Source: Octopus vulgaris
Lineage: Eukaryota
Assembly (NCBI GenBank): GCA_951406725.2
Contig: OX597832.1
Location: 17,484,001-17,548,000, forward strand
Direction: 5' to 3'
DNA length: 64,000 bases
Position numbers and translations under genes: made by a program. Shown here one piece after another: positions 1 through 15,096 of this stretch. How positions within the stretch are numbered: position 1 is the first letter of the stretch; every line of letters begins with the position of its first letter. The notes below the pieces were generated by a model that did not search any database, was not told where the DNA came from, and saw nothing but the letters and a program-made list of their open reading frames with translations.

Positions 1-197
1 ATAGGTAGATAGATAGACCGAGACAGACAGTCATACAGACAGATAGACAAACAGACAGGTAGACGGACAGACACACAGATATATGATAGATACATAGACA
101 GAGAGACAGTCATACAGACAGACAAAGAAACAGACAGACGGACGGGTAGACAGATAGACATTTAGATAGATTGATAGATAGGTAGAAAGATAGATGG

Positions 198-248
<51 letters not shown>

Positions 249-265
249 CAAACAGATAGATAAAT

Positions 266-300
<35 letters not shown>

Positions 301-322
301 GACAGACAGACAGACAGATAGA
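1..322. repeat. (GATA)n/(GACA)n tetranucleotide microsatellite
   Basis: Direct reading: tandem tagatagata/cagacagaca units. Confidence 0.95.
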
Positions 323-1406
323 TAGTCAAAGGTCTAAGGCTGGATGCAATGAAAGATATATAAATAAGCAGGCATATAGATAGACATGCAGGCTGTGAGG
401 CAAACAAACAGTCACTTAGATATATTGTTAGATCATCTTTAGTTAGTTAGTTAGTTAGTTAGTTAGTAAGATTGATAGACAGGTAGGTACGAAGGTAGGT
501 AGGTATGTATGTAGGTGGACAGACAGATAGACAGACAGAGAATTGGATACATATATAGATAGAAAGATAGAAAGCCAGAAATACAAAGTAGCCAATGAAA
601 TAAATACACAAATTATCAAAACAAATTAAATAACAAGAAACGCACAAATATACATATAACTAACTAATATAACTAACAAAACGAGCGAGGGTCTATGAGC
701 AAGAAAAGACTGGAGCTTTTGACTGTGAAACTCGTAGTGGTATAGTGAATGGCGGAGCAAGGGGCGAAGCAGAGACAGTTTAAATGGTCGCTATTCACTA
801 ATTGACATTATCACATCTCATCTTATTTGATCTCTTCAATAAAGACGCGATAAACAGACTTCATTTCCTGGTTCAAGATTCATTACGAATACCGATATTT
901 CTCCCTACCACTCCATTTTTAATTCACCCCATCCCATCCTCTCTTTCTCTCTCTTTCAAACGTAGTTTCACTTTCACTATCCCCTTCTCTGCCTTCTCCC
1001 ACGGTCTCGTCTTTCCTCTCTGTACATCTCTTTGTATATCAGACTTCGTTTCTATCTCTCTCTGTTTCACTGACATTCTTCCTCCTAACTTCTCTGTCAT
1101 TTGTATATGTGTTTCACTTGCATGGTCGGTTGGTTGAGTGATTGGTCGCTTGGTTCATTGGTTGGTTGGTTAGATGGTTGGTCGGTTGATTGGTGAGTTG
1201 GTTGGTTGGTTGCGAAGTTCAGTGCCTGGGTGAGAGACGGGGTGATAGACTCCGTTCCTGGTCCTGGGTATTTTGGTGTCCGTCTGTTCACTGGTTTTGT
1301 TGTCTGTTATCTTATTTGGGAACTAAATCATAAACATATATAAACAAATATAAAAAAGCATACATAAATGTTATATATATATGTGTATATTTGTGTGTAT
1401 GTATAT

Positions 1407-1465
<59 letters not shown>

Positions 1466-3291
1466 ATGTGTGTGTATTCATATATGTGTGCATGTGTGTA
1501 CATATATGTACATATATATATATATATATTCATTCATATATAAATATATACATCCATGCATACATATACAGATCTTACTGTAATACTGTATAAATTCATT
1601 GACACATTTCTACACGAACACACGCACGCATATATATCTGTATCAATGTACAAAATTGGTATGCATTTATTTGTGTGTGTGTATATAATGTTATGTATAA
1701 CTACACACAATATACACGTATTCGAACGCAGGTCTCCATGCATCGCATGGTTACACTCTACTGGCTAATGCTGGCATTTATACTGTCCGAATTGAAAATT
1801 CTACGGCCATGTTCATCCGGTCGACATCGATTAATACCCACGAACGTTTACAGGACCGTAACATATTATTTGCCACGGAACCTTAATGTGTAACTGACCA
1901 GTTGGTTTGGTCAATGTTATTTGGACAAGTTGTGTCCATTTCTGAAAGAGCCAAAACCTAATATCTCTTCAGCTACCGTATATGCGTAAATATGTAAGCA
2001 TATGTGTTTGTGAGAGAGGAGAAAATTATTACATTTCATTATTGTCAATTACTAACTGTTATAAAATACGAAAGGACGACCCAACATCAAATTGGTCAAC
2101 AGACGTTTTAGTAACTCGTTTAAACAAACATGTATTAATGATGCTCTGTATTTTTACAATTTCTCTTCATACATACACACATGCATACATACAAATATTA
2201 GCATACAAATGTACATATAATATATAAGGTATAATATATACATATATATACATACACACACACGCATATACGCATAGACATAAATATATATATATACGCA
2301 TAAATGTACATATATGTTTATATAACTAAATTAATGTTTATAGCTGTGACACTAAGCATATCCAAGAGTGAAAGGAAGATTCTGAAAAGAAAAAAATGAA
2401 TTCAGGAAGTCTATTGTCCTGAATCTTTTCGGACACTTCCGGATGAGGTCAGTACAGAATAGAAGCCTTACATTATTTAGATGACCAATGGTGTTCCACT
2501 AAACACACGGCAAACATTGATGACAAAGACCAAGCCGCTATGTTTGTTATTACTCAGATTAAAATACTTACCATCTTTCACTCTCTCAATACACCTCCTA
2601 CACGCTACCTTGCTTAATCACTAATCATCTTACTCTCTCTCTCTCTCCCTCTCTCTCATACTCACGATCTCTCTCTATCTCACTCTCTACCTATAGTTTA
2701 CTCACTCTTTTTCTCTTTCAGTGTCTTTGTTATTCTGTGTCCAATTAGCTATACATTTCAATTTGATAGTGTAATGAAGGTTCCTAAAGTATGTAATGTG
2801 TGTGTAACTGTATGTATAGATACATTTAACCCATGCATGTATATGTATGTACATATTTGTATTTATGTGAGTGTCTTTATTGAATACAACTATACATATG
2901 TAAGTATACAATCATAAATATGTATGTATATATGTATATAGATGAATATCAGTATGTGTGTGTGCTTGTTTTTAGATATGTGTAGGTGGTGCAGGAGCGT
3001 GTGTGCTGAATCGCTTGTGTGTTTTCATAGGTTATTTTCTCAACAAGCATTACTATTGCAAAAGTTAAAAACATCGTTTGAATACTGGAAATCATTCTAT
3101 GGCGTAAGTAAACCTTTCAGCTACACATTTGTGGACATGTATAGAATGTTCAATAAATCACATACACACAGACACACACAGAGACACACAAATAGACACG
3201 CACTCACACAAACACACACACACCCACACATACACTCACACACCCACACATACACACACATGTGCAGAATTAAGCACACTCATAGTCTCTT

Positions 3292-3333
<42 letters not shown>

Positions 3334-3384
3334 CATATTCGTTTGGGTACATATATATGTATGTATATACATGCACATACATAT

Positions 3385-3427
<43 letters not shown>

Positions 3428-3561
3428 TGTACGTATGTATGTAGGTATGTATATCAAATATACATATATAAACAAATACGTGTGTATATGCGTATACATC
3501 ACATAGATAGAAACGGAAATAGAGGTACATATATATACCCATATACACGCATGCACACACG

Positions 3562-3592
<31 letters not shown>

Positions 3593-3919
3593 TTATATAA
3601 AACTCTACATATGTACGTATATATTTATGTATATCTTACAATGTCATTGCAATTAACAATCACAGTCGGCTTGGCCTGTTATCGGACTGTTATTGATATT
3701 TGAGTAGCCATCTGTTCATAAACTAATCATTGATATTCCGGAAATTTGGTCCTTTTTAGTAACATCTATTCAAAATTGATGTTTCACTTGTAATAGTAAT
3801 ACATGTGTAAATTCCACTTCTTCTTCCTTCTCCCCCCCTCCCTGCGCTCTCTCTCTCTCTCTGTTTTTATCTCTGTCTGTCTGTCTCTTTTTCATATAAT
3901 CTCTGAAAGAAATTATATT

Positions 3920-4009
<90 letters not shown>

Positions 4010-4359
4010 TATATAAATATGCATAATATATATATATATAAATATACGTATTTATCTGTACATTCGTGTGTGTGTGTGTGAGTGAGTGTATACTGTTATG
4101 CGCATATGTTAATCATCGTTACCAAACTTTCTTTGACTTTTACCAAAATATACGTATTTGCATCTCTACATATGTAAGAACGTATATATAAAGGTATTTA
4201 TACACACCCTGAAGTTAAACAGAATAGTCGCTACCATCATATCCCATGAATTTTGTCTGATTGCAAAAACATGCATTGTGTTTTTTTAAAAACTGGATTG
4301 CATCAACCCTTAATTGAGACAACTCTAACGTATAAATTCATGCATGCATCTATGCACGT

Positions 4360-4940
<581 letters not shown>

Positions 4941-5709
4941 AGAGATAGATAAGTATATTTCGTCAACTATTCTCTATCACCTGTCTTAAATAAGGAGTGA
5001 AGGTGCTTCTACACTTTTAGGACCCTTTACCTGAAGCGTATTCACTACGTGAAAAACTGGTATTTACCAGGTGAACATGTTCTTTTTCTTTTTCTCTTTG
5101 ACAAAACGCTTAGAATTTCATTAAGCTTTGAAACTTCGCCAAAAACAGGATAAAGTCTAACGCGCATCAGAATACCATTATTTCAGAAGAAATATAATTG
5201 TCTCGTATACTTATTGTTTATCATTCATTGCAATCTCATTGATTAAGATTCGATAAACATCAGAATGTAATACCCACGCTTCGCTCCCGTAAATAAGACA
5301 TTTAATTAAATTATGTTGCGTAACCAGCTTCTGTAATATCAACATCACTCAGGGTGTTTTATTACATAGCCGGACCGGACTATTAGCTGCTTTTTTATGT
5401 TTGATCCGAAATAGTTTTACTTTGTAGGAAAGCGTTATCAGTTTTGTTTTACCTGTTTTAGCATGAAACCTTGTTTTTTTTTTTTTTTTTTTTTTTTGAA
5501 AACCTTAAAACGAAAACTATTCTCACTTGCATTGATGGGGTCCTGGAAAGGTCTATTTCTAAAAATTCTGGTTTAATACGCTAACAAAAGTAAAATTTCT
5601 AACCTGGCAACCAAATCTGCACCAATAATGAATAATATTTCGCAAAAATCATATAAAAAGTCAACAAGAACAACAACAACACACACGCACACAAAGAGAG
5701 GCAAATATA

Positions 5710-5851
5710 TATATTTGCGAGGCCTTGGCAGGCATCTCAACTAGCAGGACTGGCTACCCTGGACTGATGACGAGCGAAGACTCAGAAACAGGCATATCTC
5801 TAGGTGCTAGCCCTAGCTGGTGGGGGTGCTTGCGTCCCCTTCGCAAATATA
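5710..5851 (+). ncRNA. Candidate type I hammerhead-like ribozyme at the apex of a long imperfect hairpin
   Basis: Core reads CTGATGA(5764-5770)-cGAGcgaagaCTCa-GAAA(5785-5788)...ATC(5796-5798). Stem I is CCTGGA/TCTAGG, extended by imperfect pairing out to TATATTTGCGA/TCGCAAATATA. Stem III is poor. Confidence 0.45.
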
Positions 5852-5962
5852 AGGACACAGGAAATGTGTCTAAGCCGACAGAACGCGCCGATGCTTCCTA
5901 GGGCTAAATAGCGGAGGTGTAATTCCCTTTACGGGACTGCTACGTTATGTTGACAGTACACA

Positions 5963-6850
<888 letters not shown>

Positions 6851-6868
6851 GTCTCGTCTGTTGGTATA

Positions 6869-7323
6869 TTTTCTTTTATTCTTTTACTTGTTTCTATCAT
6901 TTGATTGCAGCCATGCTGTAGCAACACCCTTAGTCGAGCACATCGATCCCAGGACTTATTCTTTGTAAGCCTAGTACTTATTCTATCTGTCATTTGCCGA
7001 ACCGCTAAGTTACGGGGACGCAAACACACCAGCAACGGTTGTCAAGCGATGTTGCGGAGACAAACGCAAAAAAAAAACAGAAACATACACACACACATAC
7101 ATACATACATACATACATAATGTGACAGCGTGTGTACCGTTGGTGATTTTTTTCCTCCGTCTTCCCTTCTCTGGATCTTTCATTTTCCTATGTTTCTGAC
7201 GAAGAGCTCCGCTCGAAACGTAAAACTCTCCTTCTTCCCTTCCTTCCTGAGCGTCCAATAATACTATATTTGCTCCACGTCCTCGCGTTGTTGTGTTTTC
7301 TCTTTGTGTTTTCATGTTTGGAT

Positions 7324-7404
<81 letters not shown>

Positions 7405-7560
7405 GACGGGCTTCTTTCAGTTTACGTCTACCAAATCTACTCACAAGTCTTAGGTCCGCCCGAGGCTATTGTAGAAGACACTTGCCCAAGGTGCCACGCA
7501 GTGGGACTGAACCCGGAACCATGTGGTTGGTAAGCAAGCTACTTACAACACAGCTACTCC
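6869..7560 (-). mobile_element. tRNA-derived SINE family A, full length, interrupted by a Penelope-type repeat
   Basis: Reverse complement of the head ggagtRgctgtgt..gtaag / ggttcagtcccactgcgtggcacc and the tail ...gaaacaagtaaaagaataaaag. Matches copies at 37657, 58526 and 59827. Confidence 0.9.
7121..7328 (+). mobile_element. Penelope-like terminal repeat (~210 bp) carrying a minimal hammerhead motif
   Basis: GTTT-CTGACGA-A-GAGC-TCC-GCTC-GAAAC-GTA-AAAC at 7192-7226. Near-identical reverse copy at 14752-14966. Inserted in the microsatellite of SINE A. Confidence 0.75.
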
Positions 7561-7639
7561 TTACCACACTACAAAAAATTCATTTTTACCCCACTTGGAG
7601 TAATTTTACCCTGGTTCATCAACCCCTGTTCTACGGAGA

Positions 7640-7880
7640 AAGCTGATGGAAAAACCTAGATAATAACCTTTTGTCGGCATACGTGATCCTATCAACGACA
7701 TACACTCTCCTCTCAAGACCCTTTGTAAAGCTAATGCTTATTTTGTTTCGATTTGAAAACAAAAGTGACGAGAAACAGAATGAAGTGCTCTCCATCAATG
7801 CATCTGCCAAAATGTGGTTGACTGTGGCAAAAGAGAATAGAATGAAGTGGGTTATACTACACATGCGCCAGTAGATTGAA
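7640..7880 (+). mobile_element. Possible decayed 3' end of a LINE (L1/Tx1-like) ORF2
   Basis: Frameshifted translation LFCFDLKTKV..EVLSINASAKMWLTVAKENRM recalls the C-terminus of Tx1-type ORF2. Recognised from memory only. Confidence 0.3.
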
Positions 7881-8173
7881 GAACAGAAGCTGAATTGGGA
7901 CATGTGTCCCTTAATCATCAGACTGACCCTGCTTCTTAGAGGTCTTTTGAGCCGTCTTTGTTCGAGTCTCTCTTGTGCCATTAGGACTGCATCATATATG
8001 TATTGAGATATTTTGTACAATTTATACTGTTTTTCATCGAATCTGTTCCCTTCCACTACTTCTTCTTTTTTCTCCCTCCCCTTTTATGTAAATCTCCTCA
8101 CGAATCGTAAAACGGTCCTTGTAATGTTCCCCTCATTTAATGCGCATTGGTAATCAAAAGAAAACGTCATCAT

Positions 8174-8429
8174 AATTGTTGTTGTTGTTGTTGTTGTTGT
8201 TCTTCTTCTTCTTCTTCTTCTTCTTCTTCTTCTTCTCCTTCTTCTTCGGCTTCTTCTTCTTCTTCTTCTTCTTCTTCTTCTTCTTCTCCTTCTTCTTCTT
8301 CTTCTTCTTCATCTTCCTCCTCCTCCTCCTCCTCCTCCTCCCCTCCTTCTTCGTCTTCATATTCTTCCTCGGGTTCTTCTTCTTCTTCTTCTTCTTCTTC
8401 TCTTCTTCTTCTTCTCCTTCTCCTCCTCC

Positions 8430-8489
<60 letters not shown>

Positions 8490-8493
8490 CATT

Positions 8494-8561
<68 letters not shown>

Positions 8562-8580
8562 TATCACTATTATTATTATT
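8174..8580. repeat. Compound trinucleotide array (TTG)n-(TTC)n-(TCC)n-(TTA)n-(ATC)n
   Basis: Direct reading. Confidence 0.95.
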
Positions 8581-8960
8581 GAGTAAGAGAACAGTGCACA
8601 CTACCAACGTGATGCTGGGCTACAAATATACGAAGCTCGGTATACCCATTATGACTACCCATCTGATAAGGGTACACCAGTCACATACATCACAATTCAT
8701 AGGTGCGCAACATGGTGATCTCATATCATGATTAACAGAGCATGACCTTGCAGGTGGGGACCAGTTAGAATTTTCTTCGAGTAACCGAACCCACTCAAAA
8801 GGTCCCTAAATAAGGATGTTAAACGAAACACCCATGTTTCCAAAGGTGAATTATCCAAACCCCAAAGAATTCCTTTCAACACATGGCTATGATGCTCCCC
8901 TACTCCTTCTCCTCGTGATCAGCGATGCATATATCGTCAACCACTAAGGGACATGCTCAA
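8581..8960. mobile_element. Truncated copy of a ~560-bp non-coding element associated with (TTA)n arrays
   Basis: Colinear with 56430-56830 (gagag/aacagtgca...aaatatacgaag...catgaccttgcaggtggg...cactaagggacatg). Confidence 0.8.
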
Positions 8961-9070
8961 TACTACAGATATGCTTGTCAGTTGTTTGACCTTAACCAGT
9001 TGACCATGTCCCTTAGTGTTTGATGATATGTGCATCTCTGATCACGAGCAGACGTAGAGGGGAGCATGAC
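8961..9070. repeat. Inverted copy of part of the same element, forming an inverted repeat with 8890-8960
   Basis: Reverse complement reads atgctcccc...gtgatcagagatgcacatatc...cactaagggacatggtcaactggttaaggtcaaacaactgacaagc, matching 56758-56860. Confidence 0.8.
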
Positions 9071-9074
9071 TGTT

Positions 9075-10420
9075 ATAATTTATGACAGTCATGGCTGTCA
9101 TGTTTATTCTTATTATCTTATTTCTTGCACTAAAGTCAGTGTTTAATATTAGACTAACCCCTCTTTTATATACCATTCTAAATTTCTCTTTCCATTCTGT
9201 GTCTTCAATTTTAACTATTTCGTCTATTCCTGGATATTTGTCTATGCGATTGGGGTTTAATTCTCCGATTTCTACGTCTATGTCGAATGCAGTGTTTTGA
9301 GCGCTGATTAAGCTGCCTCTTCTCAACGTCACTTTGGCACATTTGTGTAATCCCATGCTCATCTTGATGTCCTTGCTGAAATTAAGGACAGGTTTTAAAA
9401 ACCTTTTTCCTTTACTGTGGTACCTTTAGTGAAACTATTTAAGTCATACATGTGTAGAAGATGATATATCGTTTGTCCATAACATATGTAGCCCTTGAGG
9501 AATTCATTTAACAAGTTTATGAGTGGTTTCATGGCAAGGTAGAAAGGCAGGCGCGACAACGAGTCTCGTAGGAAAATTTCTCTTCATATAGGGATGGAGC
9601 AGGTTTTAATGGTTTGTGATTCCTTTTTCAGTGTTGCACTGATTTTCGAGTAACATTGCATGGTTGATATATTTCAGTAGCATTGGAGCTACTTATTTGT
9701 GAGAAGAGACTCTAGTATTCAAAAGTCTGAAACACTGTCGAACGCCTTCTAATAATCAACCGAAATCGTGCTCAGATTCCATTTTTCTCTTTTTACATTC
9801 ATTCCTCTATAATAACTCGATTTACCAGAAGCTGCTCTTTACAACTAAACATCCCTTTCCGCTTTTTTTCTTCTGGTGGTAAAATATTGTTCTTTTCAAA
9901 GTGTGTTTCAAGACAGTTATAGATAACTTATGTGAGGCGTCTATAAGTTGTTGATAGGGATATCATTGACTTATAATTTTGTGGGTATAGCGTATATTGC
10001 GTTTTAGCATCCAAGTGGTTTGTCATCTCAGCATCCAGTTTGGTATTGATTTTGGCTCGCTTATTATCAAGCTAAATGCGGCGGCTATGTGAGTATGAAG
10101 ACTGATAAGGGATTTTAACCAAAATTTGGGTATCTTGTCTATTCCTGTGTTTTTCAGTCACTGGTATTCCTCAATGCATCTATTATCTCTTGGCGTGTGA
10201 TTGTGGGCCATATTTGTGGTGCTATATTGATCTTCCCTTCCTTTGCCCTGTTTACCCATTGAGCCTTTTTGTTGCGTTGCTCTTGCTTGCTCCATATTCC
10301 TTCCCAGTATGGCTGAGTCTCTGATGTTGTTCACATGTCACATTGATATTATATTCTTAGTCATATTTCTGTAAAATAATTTGGGGTTTATTTTAAATTC
10401 TGAATTTTCTCGGAAGATGC
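9075..10420 (-). pseudogene. Decayed reverse transcriptase of an R4/Dong-type non-LTR retrotransposon
   Basis: Minus-strand motifs in order: NYKSMISL (~NYRPITCL), VDY*KAFDSV, REIFLRDSLSRLPFYLAM (~GIFQGDSLSPLLF), HLLHMYDL (~HLLYMDDL), GLHKCAK, KYPGI, ARNKIIRIN...VINY. Stops and frameshifts throughout. Confidence 0.85.
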
Positions 10421-10768
10421 GTTTATTAGTGCTATTATTCGAATAAATTCTAGTCTACCAAACAATATAGCTCTTGACCTTAAAAAAGTATTGAGGCCGT
10501 TTTATCTGACAGACAAATTCAAGGCAGTACCGTAGCATGAAAGCCGCCCTATGACTGAAATATGTAAAAGATGGGATTCAAAATATTTCAGTTATTTAAT
10601 ATATATGATAGTATATGTGTGTATGTATGCATATTTGTATATAAGTATAAAATATTCATACAAATTTGTCTTAATATAAATATATACATATATGCAATCC
10701 TACATACTCATATTGTCGTTGAATGCTGTATACACACACATACATACATACATATATATATATGTGTG

Positions 10769-10812
<44 letters not shown>

Positions 10813-10814
<2 letters not shown>

Positions 10815-11112
10815 GAGGCGCAAGGACCTAGTGGTTAGGGCAGCGGACTCGCAGTCGTAGGATCGCGGTTTCGATTCCCAGACCGGGCGTTGTGAGTGTT
10901 TATTGAGCGAAAACACCTAAAGCTCCACGAGGCTCCGGCAGGGGGTGGTGGCGATCCTTGCTGTACTCTTTCACTACAACTTTCTCTCACTCTTTCTTCT
11001 GTTGGCCTGCTCGCTTAGCCAGCGGGGTGGCTAAAACAATGCGAAGCGCATTGTGACCAGCGATGTGTAACAACATCTGATAGCCTGGTCGGTCACGCTG
11101 ATCACGGTGATA
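10813..11112 (+). mobile_element. tRNA-derived SINE family C, near full length
   Basis: A box ctagtggttagggc and B box ggtttcgattccc. Body and tail are shared with copies at 29379 and 35813. Confidence 0.9.
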
Positions 11113-11544
11113 TATATATATGTATGTATTATTTATAATTGTTGTTCACTTGAACGCCACGTATTCATTTCAAAGTAAGTTCATCTTCACCATTTTGATG
11201 CGACTCTATAGTGTGTTCATCCTTCTCAAATTCACTTTTTCTTCCCCTCCCTCTTTCACCGTTTTCTATCTGTTTCTCTCTCCCTATCTTTCTCTTTTCT
11301 TTCTCTCTCTCTGTCGTTGCTCACACTTGACTAACGCCCACCTTTCTTTTCCTCACGTGACCATCTTTCTTTTCCTGCAAGGACGTTCAAAGCACTGAAA
11401 TCTTCTAACTTTTCTTTTTTCAAAGACAATATTTCTCCCACCGTTCACTATTTTCCTCTCGTTCTTGCCTAACGACTCTCCATGCTTCTTTTTTTTTTTT
11501 TCGGTTTCCTTGTATGTCTCCACTGACCTGTTTTTGTTCCTAAC

Positions 11545-11795
11545 TTTGACACTCCATAAATCGAAAATTTTATTCTAGAATTTATTGGAGCAATTGTCTT
11601 TGAAGACTCATATAGTCGCTGAATGCTCGAAATGAGGAGTAGATAGACAGCCGACAACTGATGAAGGGTCCTTTTCCTATGTTTACTTGCCCTGTTTTTC
11701 CATTTTTTCTCGTTGTTTTCGTACTTAACTCGTTTGCTTACATATTATATGTTGTTTGCACAGTTGCTGACATCCTGTGCCCATATATGCATATA
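11545..11795 (+). mobile_element. Probable Penelope-like terminal-repeat remnant
   Basis: gacagccgacaaCTGATGAAGGg followed by a T-rich tail ending in (TA)n, the layout of PLE ends. The hammerhead core is incomplete. Confidence 0.35.
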
Positions 11796-12126
11796 TATAT
11801 ATATATAATTTACTATTATTATATGCAAATGCATATATATTGATGTGTATGTCAGTGGTATATCCTTGCTTGTAGATAAAAAGATGAAATATAAATTTAT
11901 TACTTGTTACGCATTAATAACCAAATCTCAAATTCTGAAGATCTCATTCATTATGTCCACGAATATTTGGGTTTCTCTGATGATGGGAGAAGAAAAGATA
12001 TTGAGTAGTTTGTGAAAAGAAGATTAATGAATTTGCTCGTGCCTTTTATGTTGAGTATTTCCTAATTGATGGATTTATCTAACATTTGATACATGCAAAA
12101 GTACACACACACATACATACATACCT

Positions 12127-12170
<44 letters not shown>

Positions 12171-12210
12171 GTGTGTATATATATATATATATGCATTATA
12201 TATATATGGG

Positions 12211-12244
<34 letters not shown>

Positions 12245-12476
12245 TTGGGAACACATAAAGTCACTATCTGCATAGCCATAGCAACAAACACAAATAAACA
12301 TTTGCTATTTTATAATTTGCCCGCGCACACACGTGTGTACATATACACCGTATACACACACACGTAAACATATATGTGATATACCTACTTATTAAATACA
12401 TATACATTTATCTATCTATCTATCTATCTCTGTATATATATATATATATATCTATATATATCTATATATATCTATA

Positions 12477-12524
<48 letters not shown>

Positions 12525-12890
12525 ATATGTACGATATACATGTATACATAATGCCACATTATAAATGCAGGAGTTAGAAAACGTATAACGTTATAGGAAT
12601 AAAAAGGTAATGAAGAGAAACTCTGCTAGGTCCTTCGGCTAGAAAAATTCTACATACAAATAATAAAATAATAATTTTAAATATTACTAAGACATAAAAA
12701 AAAGTAAAACATACAAGAATATTTCCAGAAATATTTGTAGCAAAAATCGAAGAAAATTCTAAATTTAGACGGTATTATTAGACAGGAAACATTGGTCAAT
12801 ATACAAGATACCACCCTGGGGTCTAAAGTGATGAAGAAAACAAAAGAATAATTGTAACGTTTTGCGGGTAGGAAATGTCTATGTTGCAAC

Positions 12891-12942
<52 letters not shown>

Positions 12943-13442
12943 GTGAGTTTTGTATTTTGTGTCCCAATATGCGCCATTGCAATGCTGTCCCTCCAACAGG
13001 AAGGAAATCACTCAATAGGAATCCCGGAAGTTGATTACCAAAATAATGAGTGACGAGTTCAGCCCCAGCATCACGTTAAATCTTTCTGTCTGTCTGTGTG
13101 AATGAATGAATGTGTGTGAGTGTTTCTGTGTGTGTGTATGTGTGTCTGCGTGTGTGTGTGTGTGTGTGTATTTATGTATGTGGACAGGTGTGTAATTCTG
13201 AGAGAGCGTCTGCACTTGTATGTCTGAAAGTGGGAGCGCCAGTCCGTACCTGTATATGTGTGTGTGTGCATATGTGTGTGCTTGTATGTGTACATGTGTG
13301 TGTATCTGTGTGTCTGTCTGTGCGAGAGTGTTAGCATGTGTGCGTGTGTATGTCTGTATGTATGTACGTATATACGCATATATATGTATATATGTATGTA
13401 TAGACATATGCATATATCCATACATATAGGTAGATACATACG

Positions 13443-13474
<32 letters not shown>

Positions 13475-13704
13475 CATACATACATACGTTAGTATATACA
13501 TGTATTCATACATACATGCATGCAAACATACATACCTACATACAACTATAAATACACATACAAAAATACATTGGTGCGTGGTGTTTCTTCGCTTAAAAAA
13601 TATGTATACGTGTGAGTGAAAGTGACTGTTTGTGCCTTCGCGCAAATAAATACACATATTCATATATCTACACATGTATATTCATATGTATTTATCTGTA
13701 AGTG

Positions 13705-13739
<35 letters not shown>

Positions 13740-13808
13740 CGTACACAACACACATACACCGTACACATATATATGTAATTATCTATATATGCATGCATGT
13801 ATGTATAA

Positions 13809-13875
<67 letters not shown>

Positions 13876-14372
13876 CATATATATATACATCCACATTTTT
13901 TTATATACATACATACTGCGTTCATATATATATACACGCATATTTGGATACATATGCATATATATATATTTATATATATGTATGTATGTATACTCACACA
14001 CACACACATACACACATACACACAGACACACATACACACATACACACAGACGCACACACACACACACACACATACACACATATAAAGGTGTTCGCCTTAG
14101 AATAGCTAGAGGCTTCAGCAGACCTTCTTCCACAAACCAAGTCAAGACAGCGAAGCTCTGACAGTGCACCGTCAAATATTTTTCGCTTTTTCTTTCTTTC
14201 GTTTCGATCTGTTAACCCCGGAGGCCTTACGCTTTTTGAATGCAGTTCAACAATGCAGCCCAATTCCTTTACCCAGCAGCATCTATGCACACGCTCGCAG
14301 ACAGAAACACACAGTTATACCTGCGTATGTGTGTGTGTATGTGTGTGTATGTGTATTCGCGTGTGTGCGTGG

Positions 14373-14404
<32 letters not shown>

Positions 14405-14681
14405 GCACATGCTTCTAGTGAGTTAGGATCTCAGAACAACAGGGCTCTTACCGATGAATTCTCCCTGAGCAAATAAATTATCTTTATTGATGAAAAGAAC
14501 GAAACTGCAGTCTAAGAGGAACCAAGTTAGTAAATGTTTTTATTTTCATTTCACTGAATTTATCTAGCTTCTGTGTTTCTAGCACATATTTCGCCTTAAT
14601 GTACTGATATATGAATAATATATGGCTTGAGCTAGTTTCACCAGCGATAATAATTAATTTTATTTTATCGCAATTTGACTT

Positions 14682-14751
<70 letters not shown>

Positions 14752-14754
<3 letters not shown>

Positions 14755-14966
14755 GAATCCAAACATGATGACACAAAGAGAAAACACAACAACGCGAGGA
14801 CGTGGAACAGGTATATTATTATTGGACGCTCAGGAAGGAAGGAAGGGAAGAAGGAGGGTTTTACGTTTCGAGCGGAGCTCTTCGTCAGAAACATAGGAAA
14901 ATGAAAGATCCAGAGAAGGGAAGACGGAGGAAAAAGAATCGCAAACGGTACACACGCGGTCACGTA
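14752..14966 (-). mobile_element. Penelope-like terminal repeat with minimal hammerhead (second copy)
   Basis: Reverse complement of 7121-7328 with an identical core at 14858-14892. Lies between (TA)n and (CA)n tracts. Confidence 0.75.
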
Positions 14967-14974
14967 CGCACACA

Positions 14975-15085
<111 letters not shown>

Positions 15086-15096
15086 TACATATATTC

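Noticed and set aside
2942-3703. 253-aa ORF and all similar YI/HT/CV-repeat ORFs across the window
   Set aside because: These are translations of (TA)n, (CA)n and (TG)n tracts, which lack stop codons.
7631-8056. 141-aa minus-strand ORF as a real gene
   Set aside because: Non-ATG start and no recognisable domain. The opposite strand is better explained as a LINE remnant.
10813-10886. Possible tRNA genes at SINE heads (also 19050-19120 and 35813-35885)
   Set aside because: The cloverleafs are imperfect, and each head continues into a shared multi-copy SINE body.
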